Assembly (NCBI RefSeq): GCF_046119375.1
Contig: NW_027362763.1
Span: forward strand, 322,896,001 to 322,960,000
Origin: Phyllobates terribilis
Taxonomy: Eukaryota
Direction: 5' to 3'
DNA: 64,000 bases
Part shown: positions 1 to 11,694 of the stretch, one piece after another
How the letters are laid out: the number at the start of each line of letters is the position of its first letter
Position numbering within the stretch: position 1 is the first letter of the stretch
Notes under the pieces: generated by a model
Told to the model about the DNA's origin: nothing
The model's database searches: none
Seen by the model: only the letters and a program-made list of their open reading frames with translations
Program-made: the position numbers and the translations under genes

Positions 1-401
1 CCCAATTGAAAACTTGTGGAAGGAGCTCAAGAATAAAGTCCACATGAGACACCCAAAGAACCTAGATAACTTGGAGAAGATCTGCATGGAGGAGTGGGCC
101 AAGATAACTCCACAGACCTGTGCCGGCCTGATCAGGTCTTATAAAAGACGATTATTAGCTGTAATTGCAAACAAGGGTTATTCCACAAAATATTTAACAT
201 AGGGGTTGTATAATAATTGACCCACACTTTTATGTTTAAAATTTAATAAAATTCAACTGAGCAACATAACTTTTTGGTTTGTAAGATTTATGCTTCTGTT
301 CATAAAACCTACTCTCGTTTGCAGTTTGAAGGCTCTAACTTATTTGCATCTTATCAAACCAGCTAAATCTGCAGGGGGTTGAATACTACTTGTAGGCACT
401 G
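1..401 (+). mobile_element. Tc1-like DNA transposon, 3' part (transposase C-terminus plus right TIR), inserted into the CR1 ORF2
   Basis: Frame from nt 2 reads PIENLWKELKNKVH...EEWAKI...RRLLAVIANKGYSTKY, a Tc1 C-terminus with the catalytic E. The element ends ...GTAGGCACTG(401) followed by TA, and the sequence then resumes in CR1 ORF2 (ICESNENVESLW). Confidence 0.9.
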
Positions 402-2952
402 TATATGTGAATCTAATGAAAATGTAGAGTCCCTGTGGGTGGAGATAAGGGGAGGGGGAAAAAATAATAAATTACTGATAGGAGTTGGTTATAAGTCTCC
501 AAAAATAATGGAAGTAGCGGAGAATATCCTCGTAAAGCAAATAGATGAAGCAGCGACTCAAGGAGAAGTCATTATTATGGGAGACTTCAACTACCCTGAA
601 ATACATTAGGGGACAGAAACATGTAGTTCAAGCAAAAGAAATAGGTTTTTGACTACTATGAGAGACAATTACCTTTCACAACTGGTTCAGGACCCAACAA
701 GAAGGGGGGCACTGCTAGACCTAATATTAACCAATAGGCCAGACCGCATATCAAATATACGAGTTGGGGGTCACTTGGGTAATAGTGATCACAAAATAAT
801 ACGTTTTCATGTAACCTTTAATAAGATGTGTAGTAGAGGGGTTACAAGGACACTAAACTTCAGGAAGGCAAATTTCCAACGGTTAAGAGATGATCTTAGT
901 GCAATAAACTGGGACAATATCCTGAGACATAAAACTACACAAAGCAAATGGGAGACATTTATTAACATCCTGAATAGGACCTGTGTACAATATATACCCT
1001 ATGGGAATAAACATGCTAGAAATAGGAGGAAACCACTATGGCTAAATAGAGCTGTAAGGGGCGCAATAAGTGACAAAAAGAAAGCATTTAGAGAACTAAA
1101 GCAAGTAGGTAGTGATGAGGCATTAAATAAATATAGAAAATTAAATAAATTATGTAAAAACCAAATCAAGACAGCAAAGATTGAGGCAGAGAGAATCATT
1201 GCCAGAGAAAGTAAAAATAACCCCAAAATATTCTTTAACTACATAAATAGTAAAAAACTAAAAAATGATAGTGTTGGCCCCCTTAAAAATAGTCTGGGTG
1301 AAATGGTGGATGAGGATGAGGAAAAAGCCAATATGCTAAATGATTTTTTTTCAACCATATTTACACAAGAAAATCGCATGATAGAAAACATGATTAGTGA
1401 TAACAAAAATTCTCCAGTAAATGTCACTTGCTTAACCCAGCAGGAAGTACGGCGGCGTCTAAAAATCACTAAAGTTGACAAATCCTCGGGCCCAGATGGG
1501 ATACACCCGTGAGTACTGCAGGAATTAAGTAACGTCATAGATAGACCATTATTTTTAATCATTAAAGATTCCATAATAACAGGGTCTGTACCACAAGACT
1601 GGCGTATAGCAAATGTGGTGCCATTATTCAAAAAGGGGACAAAAACTGAACTTGGAAATTATAGGCCGGTAAGCTTAACCTCCACTGTGGGTAAAATCCT
1701 GGAGGGTTTCCTAAGAGATGCTATACTAGAGTGTCTGAAGAAGAATAACCTCATGACCCAATATCAACATGGGTTTACGAGGGACCGTTCCTGTCAAACT
1801 AATCTGATCAGTTTTTATGAGGAGGCAAGTTCTGGACTGGACCAAGGAAATGCAGTGGATGTTGTGTATATGGACTTTTCAAAAGCTTTTGATACGGTTC
1901 CACACAAAATGTTGATACATAAAATGAGAACAATGGGGATAGGGGAAAATATATGTATGTGGGTTAAGAATTGGCTCAGTGATAGGAAACAAAGGGTGGT
2001 TATTAATGGAAAACACTCAGAGTGGGTCTCAGTTAACAGTGGGGTACCACAGGGGTCAGTATTGGGCCCCCTTCTTTTTAACATATTTATTAATGACCTT
2101 GTAGGGGGCATACAGAGTAATATTTCAATATTTGCAGATGACACTAAACTCTGCAGGGTAATCAATACAGAGGAGGACAATTTTATATTACAGGAGGATC
2201 TATGTAAACTAGAAGCTTGGGCTGATAAATGGCAAATGAGCTTTAATGGGGATAAATGTAAGGTAATGCACTTGGGCAGAGGAAATAAAATGTATAATTA
2301 TATGCTTAATTGTAAAACACTGGGCAAAACTGTAACTGAAAAAGACCTGGGTGTATTGGTGGACGACAAGCTCACGTTTAGTGGCCAGTGTCAGGCTGCT
2401 GCTGCAAAGGCAAATAAAATAATGGGATGCATTAAAAGAGGCATAGATGCTCATGAGGAGAACATTATTTTACCTCTATACAAGTCACTAGTGCGACCAC
2501 ACTTAGAATACTGTGTACAGTTCTGGTCTCCGGTGTATAAGAACGACATAGCTGAACTAGAGCGGGTGCAGAGAAGAGCGACCAAGGTTATTAGAGGACT
2601 GGGGGGTCTGCAATACCAAGACAGGTTATTACACTTGGGGTTATTTACTGTGGAAAAAAGAAGGCTTAGGGGTGATCTTATTAATATGTAGAAGTATATG
2701 AGGGGTCAGAACAAAGACCTTTCTACTGATCTTTTTACTCTGAGGCCTGAGACAGGGACAAGAGGTCATCTTCTACATCTGGAGGAAAGAAGGTTTAAAC
2801 ATAATCATAGACGGGGATTCTTTACTGTAAGAGCAGTGAGACTATGGAACTCTCTGCCGCATGATGTTGTAATGAGTGATTCACTGTTAAAATTTAAGAA
2901 GGGCATGGATGCCTTTCTTGAAAAGTATAATATTACAGGTTATAAATACTAG
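402..2952 (+). pseudogene. CR1 ORF2 (endonuclease-reverse transcriptase) with three in-frame nonsense codons
   Basis: ORFs 379-609, 649-1512, 1615-2691 and 2698-2952 share one frame. Stops are TAG (W position), TGA (R position, CpG decay) and TAG (Y position); no frameshift seen. Confidence 0.9.
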
Positions 2953-3156
2953 ATTCCTTGATAGGGCGTTGATCCAGGGAACTAGTCTGATTGTCGTATG
3001 GAGTCGGGAAGGAATTTTTTTCCCCAATGTGGAGCTTAGTGTTTGCCACATGGTTTTTTTTTGCCTTCCTCTGGATCAACAAGTTAGGCTATGGGTTGAA
3101 CTAGATGGACTTAGTCTTCCTTCAACCTTAAAAACTATGTTACTGTGTATGTTACT
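402..3156 (+). mobile_element. CR1-clade LINE (ORF2, 3' UTR and microsatellite tail); 5' part lies beyond the Tc1, outside the window
   Basis: APE motifs IIMGDFNYP and GHLGNSDH; RT motifs YRPVSLTS, YMDFSKAFD, GVPQGSVLGP, FADDTKL; CR1 C-terminus LVRPHLEYCVQFWSP...AVRLWNSLP; tail ACTATGTTACT...ATGTTACT at ~3133-3156. Confidence 0.95.
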
Positions 3157-3189
3157 TCACAACTCCCCTATGTGTATGGCCAAGTTTAA

Positions 3190-3941
3190 CCCATTTACAA
3201 CATATGATGTACTGTTATGTCATATGTCTGGTGTCCTATGTTTCGTATGTCAGAAGCTGAAACTACATTTTGCCGGCAGATTGTGGCTCAATTCAGCCCT
3301 CTTTCCCCTTATTCAAAAAAAAAATATATATATATACACTTGGTAACTTCCATAAAAGTCTATCAAAATATATAATTATATAACCCGATCAGTGAAGGTG
3401 ATGATAAAAAATTTAAATTCCATAATTGAGTTTTTTTGGTTGCCAAAATACAGCAAAAATACATTAAGAGAAAATCAAAATTGGTATCAATAAAACATCA
3501 GCTAATGGTGAAAAAAACAAGCCCTCAAACAGCTCCATTGCCCAAAAAATGAAAATGTTATGGGCCTTGAAACATGGTGAAACACACAATTTTTTTAACT
3601 TTCAGATAAAATAAAAAATACAGAAGTTTGGTATCACAATAATCATACAGACCTGAAGAATCATGTTGCCAGATCATTTTAATCGCACAATAACTACTGC
3701 ACAAACAAAACCCCGTAAAACAAGTGTGGAATTGGTTTTTTTTGTGTAGAATTTCACCACAATTGTAATTTTTCCAGTGCATTGAATGGTAAAATGATTG
3801 GTGCAGAACATTCCGCAAAAAAACAAAGCCCTCATATGGCTACAGTATATGGAAGGAAAAATAAAAAAGTTATGACACTAAGGAAAAGAAGAGGAAAAAA
3901 ACAAAAGCGCAAAAATAGAATATCACCATGTTAAGAAAGGG
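3190..3941. mobile_element. Non-autonomous TTAA-type (piggyBac-like) MITE, degenerate
   Basis: TTAA-CCCATTTACAACAT at the left end and ATGTTAAGAAAGGG-TCAA at the right end (imperfect TIR, 11/15); AT-rich non-coding interior. Confidence 0.55.
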
Positions 3942-4192
3942 TCAATCACAAGAGCTTTATGATCAGAAATGTATTGAGAAGAATGACCAATGCTGTGCTA
4001 TTTTCTCACGCTCTGAGCATTGCTCATTTTTCTCGCATTCTTAGCATTGTGTACAATCTCTTCTGAAACACTGCAATTTAGTCCATTTGTAAAAGTATAC
4101 ATCTACGTGTATAGTGCTTTGACCTTTTAAAGAAGATACCTGATTTTTACTTAGTCTGGAATTCCTGGTGATTAGATGTTACTGATATATAT

Positions 4193-4761
4193 GCTCTATC
4201 AAACTCTGGGCCAAATCAAGCCCGCAGGGTGATTATATTTGGCCCGCGACACCAGAACCATCACCCCTATGTAGGGCCATTATTCTGTATGGAGGACTTT
4301 GTGGGACCCATTACACTGTATAAAAGGCTATGTGGAGCCCATAATACTGTAAGGAGGACTATGTGGGGTCCACTATTCTGTATGGAGGACTATGTGGGGC
4401 CCATTATACTGTATGGAGGACTATGTGGGGCCATTATACTGTTTGTAGGACTATGTGGGGAGCAGTATTCTGTATGGAGGACTGTGTGGGGCCATTATTC
4501 TGTACGAAGGACTATGTGGGGCCCATTATACTGTATGGAGGATTATGTGGGGCCCATTATACTATATGGAGGACTATGTGTTGCCCATTATTCTGTATGG
4601 AGATCTATAAGGGACCCATTATTCTGTATGGAGTACTATGTGGGGTCCATTATTCTGTATGGAGGACTTTGTGTGACCCATTATACTGTATACTTGTTGG
4701 CCCGTGACTTTGTCCAAGTTTTTTATTTTGGCCTTCTGCGTGTTTGAGTTTGACATCCCGG
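4193..4761. mobile_element. hAT-like MITE carrying an internal minisatellite
   Basis: Left end ...TCAAACTC, right end GAGTTTGACATCCCGG, with GGCCCG subterminal motifs at both ends. No TSD verified. Confidence 0.55.
4262..4690. repeat. Minisatellite, ~31-32 bp unit (CCCATTATACTGTATGGAGGACTATGTGGGG), ~13 copies
   Basis: Direct tandem repeats seen in the sequence; they explain the repetitive ORFs 4229-4747 and 4363-4707. Confidence 0.95.
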
Positions 4762-5709
4762 TTCTAGAGGAAAGGGCTTATGAATACCTGTTGACATCAG
4801 TAGGCGTTCCATTTAAAAAAAATGGAAGGGACAAAGATAGATTAGAGATGTTCTGCATAATGGCTTTCTGCTGTAGGTAAGCGAAGGGTATACAACAGGA
4901 CACCATGTTTATAAGCTCATATTCCATACTACACTACATCAAAATTCTCTAAACCACAATGTTAAAAAGTTGATTTACTCCAATCTAAAAATTAATATTC
5001 AATTTGATCACAAGAGTTCCCTACAAATGATGCAGATTTTTTTTTTGTTTTTTATTTCTCAATGGAGCCAATAATAACTTACCGGCAGGTAGTTGCTAAT
5101 TACCTGCCTGTTCTGCTCTGCTCTTTCGAGGGGTGTCACTGCTGATTTCATGCTGATTGACAACTGGCTCCCCTTTGCCTACCTATAGGGAGCTGGCTGT
5201 CAATTAACATGACGTCGGTAGTGTCGCTTCATCGACAGAGCAGACTGAAAGAGAAGGAGCTGCTCTGTTGATGTGAGATCAAGTGAAGCCAGTCAATCGC
5301 TGTTTGAGCAGGGAAAGATGTCACAGGGCACAACAGCCAGTTAGTTCGCAAATTACGAGCCAGTAAGTTCTTAGTCACATCAAAAAAAAAATCCCAAAGT
5401 CCCACATAACCCCTATAAAAGAATGGTGAAGTTGAGATTGCCCTCATTGCCCTTTCAAACTCTGGGTAGTCAGTGTGCTGTTTCTTCTTCTCCAAGAAAC
5501 TGACATTTTGAGAAAGAATTCAATTTGTATCAACATTATACTGTTTCTTTCTTCTAAAAGTTGTATTGAAGATTATTTTATTATTAGTAATATAAAAACC
5601 TGAATAAACCTGACACAAAAGAACATATACCCAATAAAAATTAACTTTTAATGATTACCCTTAAAAGTGTATTCAATAGTACAAATAGGACAAAAAATAA
5701 CTACACATA

Positions 5710-7356
5710 CAGTTATATGAAAAAGCTTGGGCACCCCTTTTAATCTTAAGCTTAATGTTTTATAAAAATTGGTGTTTTTGCAACAACTATTTCAGTTTGA
5801 TATATGTAATAACTGTTGGACACAGTAATGTTTCTGCCTTGAAATGAGGTTTATTGTACTAACAGAAAATGTGCAATCTGCATTCAAACAAAATTTGACA
5901 GGTGCATAAGTATGGGCACCTCACCAGAAAAGTGACATTAATATTTAGTAGATCCTCCTTTTGCAAAAATAACAGCCTCTAGTCGCTTTCTGTGGCTTTT
6001 AATGAGTTCCTGGATCCTGAATGAAGGTATTTTTGACCATTCCTCTTTACAAAACAATTCCAGTTCAGTTAAGTTTGATGGTCGCTGAGCATGGACAGCC
6101 CTCTTCAAATGATCCCACAGATGTTCAATGATATTCAGGTCTGAGGACTGGGGTGGCCATTCCAGAACATTGTAATTGTTCCTCTGCATGAATGCCTGAG
6201 TAGATTTGGAGCGGTGTTTTGGATCATTGTCTTGCTGAAAGATCCATCCCCTGCGTAACTTCAACTTTATCACTGATTCTTGAACATTATTGTCAAGAAT
6301 CAGCTGATACTGAGTGGAGTCCATGCGTCACTCAACTTTAACAAGATTCCCGGTGCCGGCATTGGCCACACAGCCCCAAAGCATGATGGAACTCCACCAA
6401 ATTTTACTGTGGGTAGCAAGTGTTTTTCTTGGAATGCTGTGTTTTTTTGCCGCCATCCATAACGCCTTTTTGTATGACCAAACAACTCAATCTTGGTTTC
6501 ATCAGTCCACAGGACCTTCTTCCAAAAAGAAATTGGCTTCCCCAAATGTGCTTTTGCATACCTCAGCCGACTCTGTTTGTGGCGTGCTTGCAGAAACGGC
6601 TTCTTTCGCATCACTCTCCCATACAGCTTCTCCTTGTGCAAAGTGCGTTGTATAGTTGACCGATGCACAGTGACACCATCTGCAGCAAGTTGATGCTGCA
6701 GCTCTCTGGAGGTGGTCTGAGGATTGTCCTTGACTGATCTCACCATTCTTCTTCTCTGCCTTTCTGATGTTTTTCTTGGCCTGCCACTTCTGGCCTTAAC
6801 AAGAACTGTCCCTGTGTTCTTCCATTTCCTTACTATGTTCCTCACAGTGGAAACTGACAGGTTAAATCTCTGAGACAGCTTTTTGTATCCTTCCCCTGAA
6901 CAACTATGTTGAATAATCTTTGTTTTCAGATCATTTGACAGTTGTTTTGAGGAGCCCATGATGCCACTCTTCAGAGGAGATTCAAACAGGAGAACAACTT
7001 GCAAGTGGCCACTTTAAGTAGCTTTTTTCATGATTGCATACACCTGGCTATGAAGTTCAAAGCTCAATGAGGTTACAAAACCAAAAAAGTGCTTTAGTAA
7101 GTCAGTAAAAAGTAGGTAGGAGTATTAAAAACAAGAAAATGATAAGGTGCCCATACTTATGCACCTGTCAAATTTTGTTTGAATGCTGATTGCACATTTT
7201 CTGTTAGTACTATAAACCTCTTTTCAAGGCAGAAACATTACTGTGTCCAACAGTTATTACATATATCAAACTGAAATAGCTGTTGCAAAAAAAACAATTT
7301 TTATAAAACATTAAGCTTAAGATTAATAGGGGTGCCCAAACTTTTTCATATAACTG
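5710..7356 (-). mobile_element. Tc1 (DD34E) transposon, full length, frameshifted transposase
   Basis: TA-CAGTTATATGAAAAAG...CTTTTTCATATAACTG-TA with ~210-bp TIRs. Transposase from ATG 6959 to stop 5938 (WTDETK, QQDND-34-E); a 1-bp deletion near 6390 relative to the second copy splits the ORF. Confidence 0.97.
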
Positions 7357-8041
7357 TATCAATAAAAGCACCATATGAGGGAGGGATAATAAGGGTGGTA
7401 GGTAGTACAAACAGACTTGCCCTAAGCAGCCCTAATGGAGTATCTCTCCCTACCTAACAGCGGAGTGTTTTCACCCTAATAGTGCAGGTTGGTGTACCAG
7501 CTCCTCGGAGGCTGTCCCTTACTTATACCTATATACCTAAGTATCCCTAAACACACACACAAACAATAAACATATTGACCAGCAGCATATACTAGTCATA
7601 ACATAATTGACATGCTAGACATCAAAAAATCACACAACATTTATGTCAGTGGGAAAAACAATAAATACACAGAGGAATGGATTCCATAAATAATTTGTCA
7701 GCAGATAAGGACCACTCCCCCTAATTTTTGCTCATATAGGTAGATAAATAAAAGCAACAATCACCCACTTGTACAAATAAGTACCATTACATGACAAAAA
7801 TACTGGTCAAAACACCAAAAAGGAGAAATGGACTTATCTGATCTCTAGTCCATCTGAAGTCACGGTAGATGCCTTGGGCGATGTTTCTTTTAGACCCCTC
7901 AATAGGTAACTGTCCAGTCCCAATCCACAAAGGTTCCACAATACTTCAAAGTATGGTTCCAAACACACCAGGCATCCGCTTTTTCAATCCCTCAAAGAAG
8001 TATATAGCCATCAGCAAAGAACAAAAGTCCCTTCAAAACTG

Positions 8042-8089
8042 GTCCCAACACGTTTCACCCCCTCCTCGATATGGGGCTCATCAGGGGAC
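8042..8089 (-). ncRNA. Minimal type I hammerhead ribozyme (PLE-associated)
   Basis: Minus strand reads GTCCC-CTGATGA-GCCCC-ATATCGAGGA-G-GGGGT-GAAA-CGTGTT-GGGAC. Helix I GTCCC/GGGAC, core CUGAUGA and GAAA, GC-rich helix II, minimal helix III, GUU cleavage triplet. Confidence 0.8.
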
Positions 8090-8184
8090 AGGGAAGTGTT
8101 AGAGGAGAGAGACCATAATAGGTGCACCAAGGATAAGTGCTTCCATACCGGAGTCCTGCCGTGCATGGAATAACTGACAACATC

Positions 8185-8490
8185 TATTTATACCCCCCTC
8201 CTCCAGATAATGTGCGCCACAATGTTCAAGCACAGCCCGGAAGGGATTCACCTATAGCCATTTCTGGAGTAAGCTAAAGTGTGGAGCGCAGACTGCGTTC
8301 CAAGAGTGAGGTACTCCCCCATCGTCGCGTCATGCATATCACTTCCGGTATTTACTGGAAGGTGGAGCGCAAGCTGCGTTCCAAGGTACATGACTTCCCC
8401 CTTCGCGTATTTTCATATATTACATCACTTCTGGTTGTGCAACTACCGGTATTACACGGGATGTGGAACGCAAACTGCGTGCCAAATTTT
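8185..8490 (-). promoter_or_regulatory. Putative PLE pLTR promoter: TATA box plus three repeated GC hairpin motifs
   Basis: Minus-strand TATAAATA at 8192-8185. Three copies of GTGGARCGCAnnnTGCGT(T/G)CCAA at 8281, 8362 and 8463; ETS-like CACTTCCGG near 8340. Confidence 0.45.
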
Positions 8491-9111
8491 ATCCCATGAC
8501 ACACACAGAGGAAGTGAGGATGCGGAAAGGGTTAGTGATAGCATCAAATTGCACACGCTGTAGTATATATCACATAAGCTCATGGAGCAATGAAAGTCGA
8601 TCAAAAACCTAATCATACATATTATGATGACCACATTCATGCCACCAGGATATGATAGAAAGACGCCCTCAATATTAAATTTCTTTTTCACCCCCAAAAA
8701 ATGTTTTCATATAATTCAAGATGAATCATATCAGATCCATCTAATTAAGCCTTTAAAGTGGTGAAGAAATAGCCAACAATATGACACAAAAAGCTAGAGC
8801 GTTAAATAGAAGGGGGAGGGGGAAGGGGGGGGAGATAACAAAATGATGATAGTATTAAATATGCTGAACATTAAATACTCCACCAAGCAAGAGTGTGTAT
8901 AAACCCATATAATAATAGGTCAAGGGATATTGATAGGTAGCATATTATATTTAAAATTCTAATAAAGAATCCATTGTTAACCAGATAGACAAAAGTGTCC
9001 CAAATAGCCAGTGTACAGATACTGCACACTAGAAATCTGCTATAAATATGTTACATGTAATAAAAGGGGCCAATCATGATTTTGACCGTAGAGGCTAATA
9101 AAAAAGAAGGG

Positions 9112-9318
9112 CTACACAAAGCTAGAGAAGTTTATCTGTTCATTGATTCCTCCAGTGTTCAGAGATTCGAGCCAGAAAATCCATCTGGACTCCCGCTGTA
9201 AAATTCTCCTGTCCCAGTCCCCCTGACGAACTGCGGGACTGACCACTTCAATTGAGCGAAACATAATAGAATTTAAATCTCCTCCATGGTGTACATTAAC
9301 ATGTTTTGCTAGTGGGTG
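9112..9318 (-). pseudogene. GIY-YIG endonuclease C-terminal remnant of a Penelope-like element
   Basis: Manual translation gives HPLAKHVNVHHGGDLNSIMFRSIEVV...RRILQRESRWIFWLESLNTGGINEQINFSSFV*. The pattern HPLAKH...L..RE..WI..L.....G.N matches PLE endonuclease tails. Confidence 0.8.
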
Positions 9319-10242
9319 ATTGTTGCTCTTATTTATCTACCTATATGAGCAAAAATTAGGGGGGGTGGTCCTTATCTGCTGACAAATTATTTATGGGATC
9401 CATTCCTCTGTGTATTTATTGTTTTTCCCACTGACATAAATGTTGTGTGATTTTTTGATGTCTAGCATGTCAATTATGTTATGACTAGTATATGCTGCTG
9501 GTCAATATGTTTATTGTTTGTGTGTGTGTTTAGGGATACCTAGGGATAAGTAAGGGACAGCCTCCGAGGAGCGGGGACACCAACCTGCACTATTAGGGTG
9601 AAAACACTCCGCTGTTAGGTAGGGAGAGATACTCCATTAGGGCTGCTTATGGCAAGTCTGTTTGTACTACCTACCACCCTTATTATCCCTCCCTCATATG
9701 GTGCTTTTATTGATATGTGTAGTTATTTGTTGTCCTATTTGTACTATTGAGTACACTTTTAAGGGTAATCATTAAAAGTTAATTTTTATTTGGTATATGT
9801 TCTTTTGCATCAGGTTTATTCAATATCGTATACCCTTGTTGCAAATTTGTTTGGTGTATTTTTTCCGGTTTTTCTATGATATAAAAACCTGCTATGGTAT
9901 GAATAATTATAACATTCAGTAATTGATTAGACCCAATGTTGCATGCATTTGCAACTTTTCAGTTGCTTAGTAGCATTAACATTTAGAAAATTCTTGTTTG
10001 GCTGATTAGTTTCTTTTTCAAAGGTTTTGATTTATTCATATTACAACTCCATTGGAAATGAACTAAAAGTCCTAATGTGCAGCAACATGGCAGATCAGCA
10101 GGAAAAGCAAAGAAATGAACAAACCTTAAAGCATACATCAAATTAAAAACATTTTTCTTCTGCTTCACAGCTATACAAAAGTAATGAGCTGTACAGATGT
10201 TCTTAAAAAATCTTGATCAATTAAACAGTATTGTTCTATGTT

Positions 10243-10268
10243 TTTATTGTGCTTTGTTTCAGTTTATT
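10243..10268 (-). terminator. Candidate polyadenylation signals of PLAAT1 (two AATAAA)
   Basis: Minus-strand AATAAA at 10268-10263 and 10248-10243, just after the stop codon. Usage is unverified and the first is very close to the stop. Confidence 0.35.
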
Positions 10269-10277
10269 TATTCTACG

Positions 10278-10379
10278 TCAATATTGTCCTTGTCTTGATT
10301 TATTTTGAAATATGCCAAGAAGTGAGAAAGCTCCAGCAGCTGCAGTCACAAACCCGATGGCACTGATAGCTCTGTTGGC
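10278..10379 (-). CDS. PLAAT1: PLAAT1/HRASLS last coding exon (hydrophobic C-terminal segment)
   Basis: Acceptor ttctttttcAG|GCC (AG 10381-10380), phase 0. Translates ANRAISAIGFVTAAAGAFSLLGIFQNKSRQGQY*, which resembles the human PLAAT1 end ANRAISTVEFVTAAVGVFSFLGLF and is in phase with the upstream exon. Confidence 0.92.
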   Translation of the reverse strand, partial: ANRAISAIGFVTAAAGAFSLLGIFQNKSRQGQY

Positions 10380-10657
10380 CTGAAAAAGAACACATGTTCA
10401 TGTAAGAATATGTGACTCTGCAGAATTTGTTCTTTTTTATTGTTCCTCTTGGTCCAACATGTCCCTGAATGCTCATCACAAAACAGACAAACAAAAAACC
10501 ATAACATTGTGAAACTCAAAGTAGAGACACTGCAAGATGTTTATCCTATTAGTGGCTATGTGTGGCCACCCAGTGGTTGTGATTTGGACTGCAGCCTCTC
10601 AAGGGTTTTGCTACCTTGCAGAGATACTGAATTTATTTATTGAGAAACTGAAGTCAT

Positions 10658-11420
10658 TAAAAGGGTTGTACAGTATATAAAATATACTAATCTCTTTTGG
10701 AATTTCTTTACTTGAAAATTCCTTACTGTTCTCCCTATGCATCTAATCCCAATAATATTTTTTCTCACTTTAATTTCTATGATGTTCTGATTGAGTCCCA
10801 GCATTCACTGGGGATCTTCACATGGGACTTCATCAGTTTGATGGACCTGCAGCCACTTACACACAGGTTTGATCATTGTCCCTGAAACAGGACATCATCA
10901 GGGGCGGCACTTTGTTCACTTATCACAGCTTATTTCACAGCTGAGCAACATCCTGAATAAATCGCAGTGAAAGAAGCTGAGAGAAGTGATCACTGTCACA
11001 GACCTGAAACTGATCATTTATCAGGAGGCGGTGCTGCGATCACTGCCCCCACTTCTAGTTCCCCTGCCCCTGTTTACCATCCATTTGAGGTCACTTCTCT
11101 CTGGTTCTTTCAAAGAAATTGTTTTGAGACATCAGTGGGTGGTGATGAACGCATCATTGCTCACTGATGATGTCTTGGATCTGGTGGGTTGGGGGGTGAT
11201 CAAAGCTGTGGGGAAGTGACTGCAGGCCCACCCTCCTGATGATATCCTGTCTGAGAATCCCCAGTGAAGGCTGAAGCTTGATTGGAACGTTACAGGACGT
11301 AAAGTAAGAAAATTGATATAGGGATTAGCTGTGCAGGGAGAAAAGTGAGGAATTTTCAAAGAAAGCGAATCACAAAAGTGGTTAGGGATTAAAATAAGAT
11401 ATTTATACAAGACATTTTAT
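10658..11420. mobile_element. Old palindromic MITE (T2/Kolobok-like), long diverged arms
   Basis: 10690-10900 is an imperfect reverse complement of 11170-11395 (e.g. TTCACTGGGGAT...CTGCAG.CACTT...TTTGATCA); it starts TTAAAAGGGTTGTAC. Ends are approximate. Confidence 0.55.
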
Positions 11421-11694
11421 CTATCAGACAATTCTTTTAACCAAATTCAAGATACAAATCTGTGTGTCACTTACTAATATGAGCTCTGTCAAAAATATAA
11501 TAACATTTCAATGTATTGAACTTAGTAAAAAAAAAGTAATAATTTAAAACTTTAGAGACCAGTTTTTCTCTGTTGACATCAATAGGGAGCAGGTTAAAAA
11601 CAATAACAAAAATGTGCATTAGTTAGCTAATTGTCCATTGACAATGGCTTCAACTGATCTGACTTTGTACAGACAGAGAAAATGTACAGACATA

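Larger units (their letters stand above)
5601..9878 (-). mobile_element. 5'-truncated Penelope-like element (PLE) with inverted pseudo-LTR arms
   Basis: Arms 5601-7769 (split by a Tc1) and 9311-9822 are reverse complements. The element contains a GIY-YIG C-terminal remnant and a hammerhead ribozyme, and is flanked by the direct repeat ATATAAAAACCTG (5590-5602 and 9879-9891). Confidence 0.8.

Noticed and set aside
4229-4747. Repetitive 172-aa ORF
   Set aside because: Minisatellite inside a MITE; no splice or homology support.
5100-5520. Short palindromic segments suggesting another MITE
   Set aside because: Could not define termini or a TSD.
10440-10643. Plus-strand ORF containing WPP, considered as an ATP13A4/5 3' exon expected from mammalian synteny
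   Set aside because: No further similarity and it lies inside the PLAAT1 intron; no ATP13A exon was recognised in the window.
10986-11410. 77-92 aa ORFs that looked like possible exons
   Set aside because: They fall within the arms of a decayed palindromic MITE.
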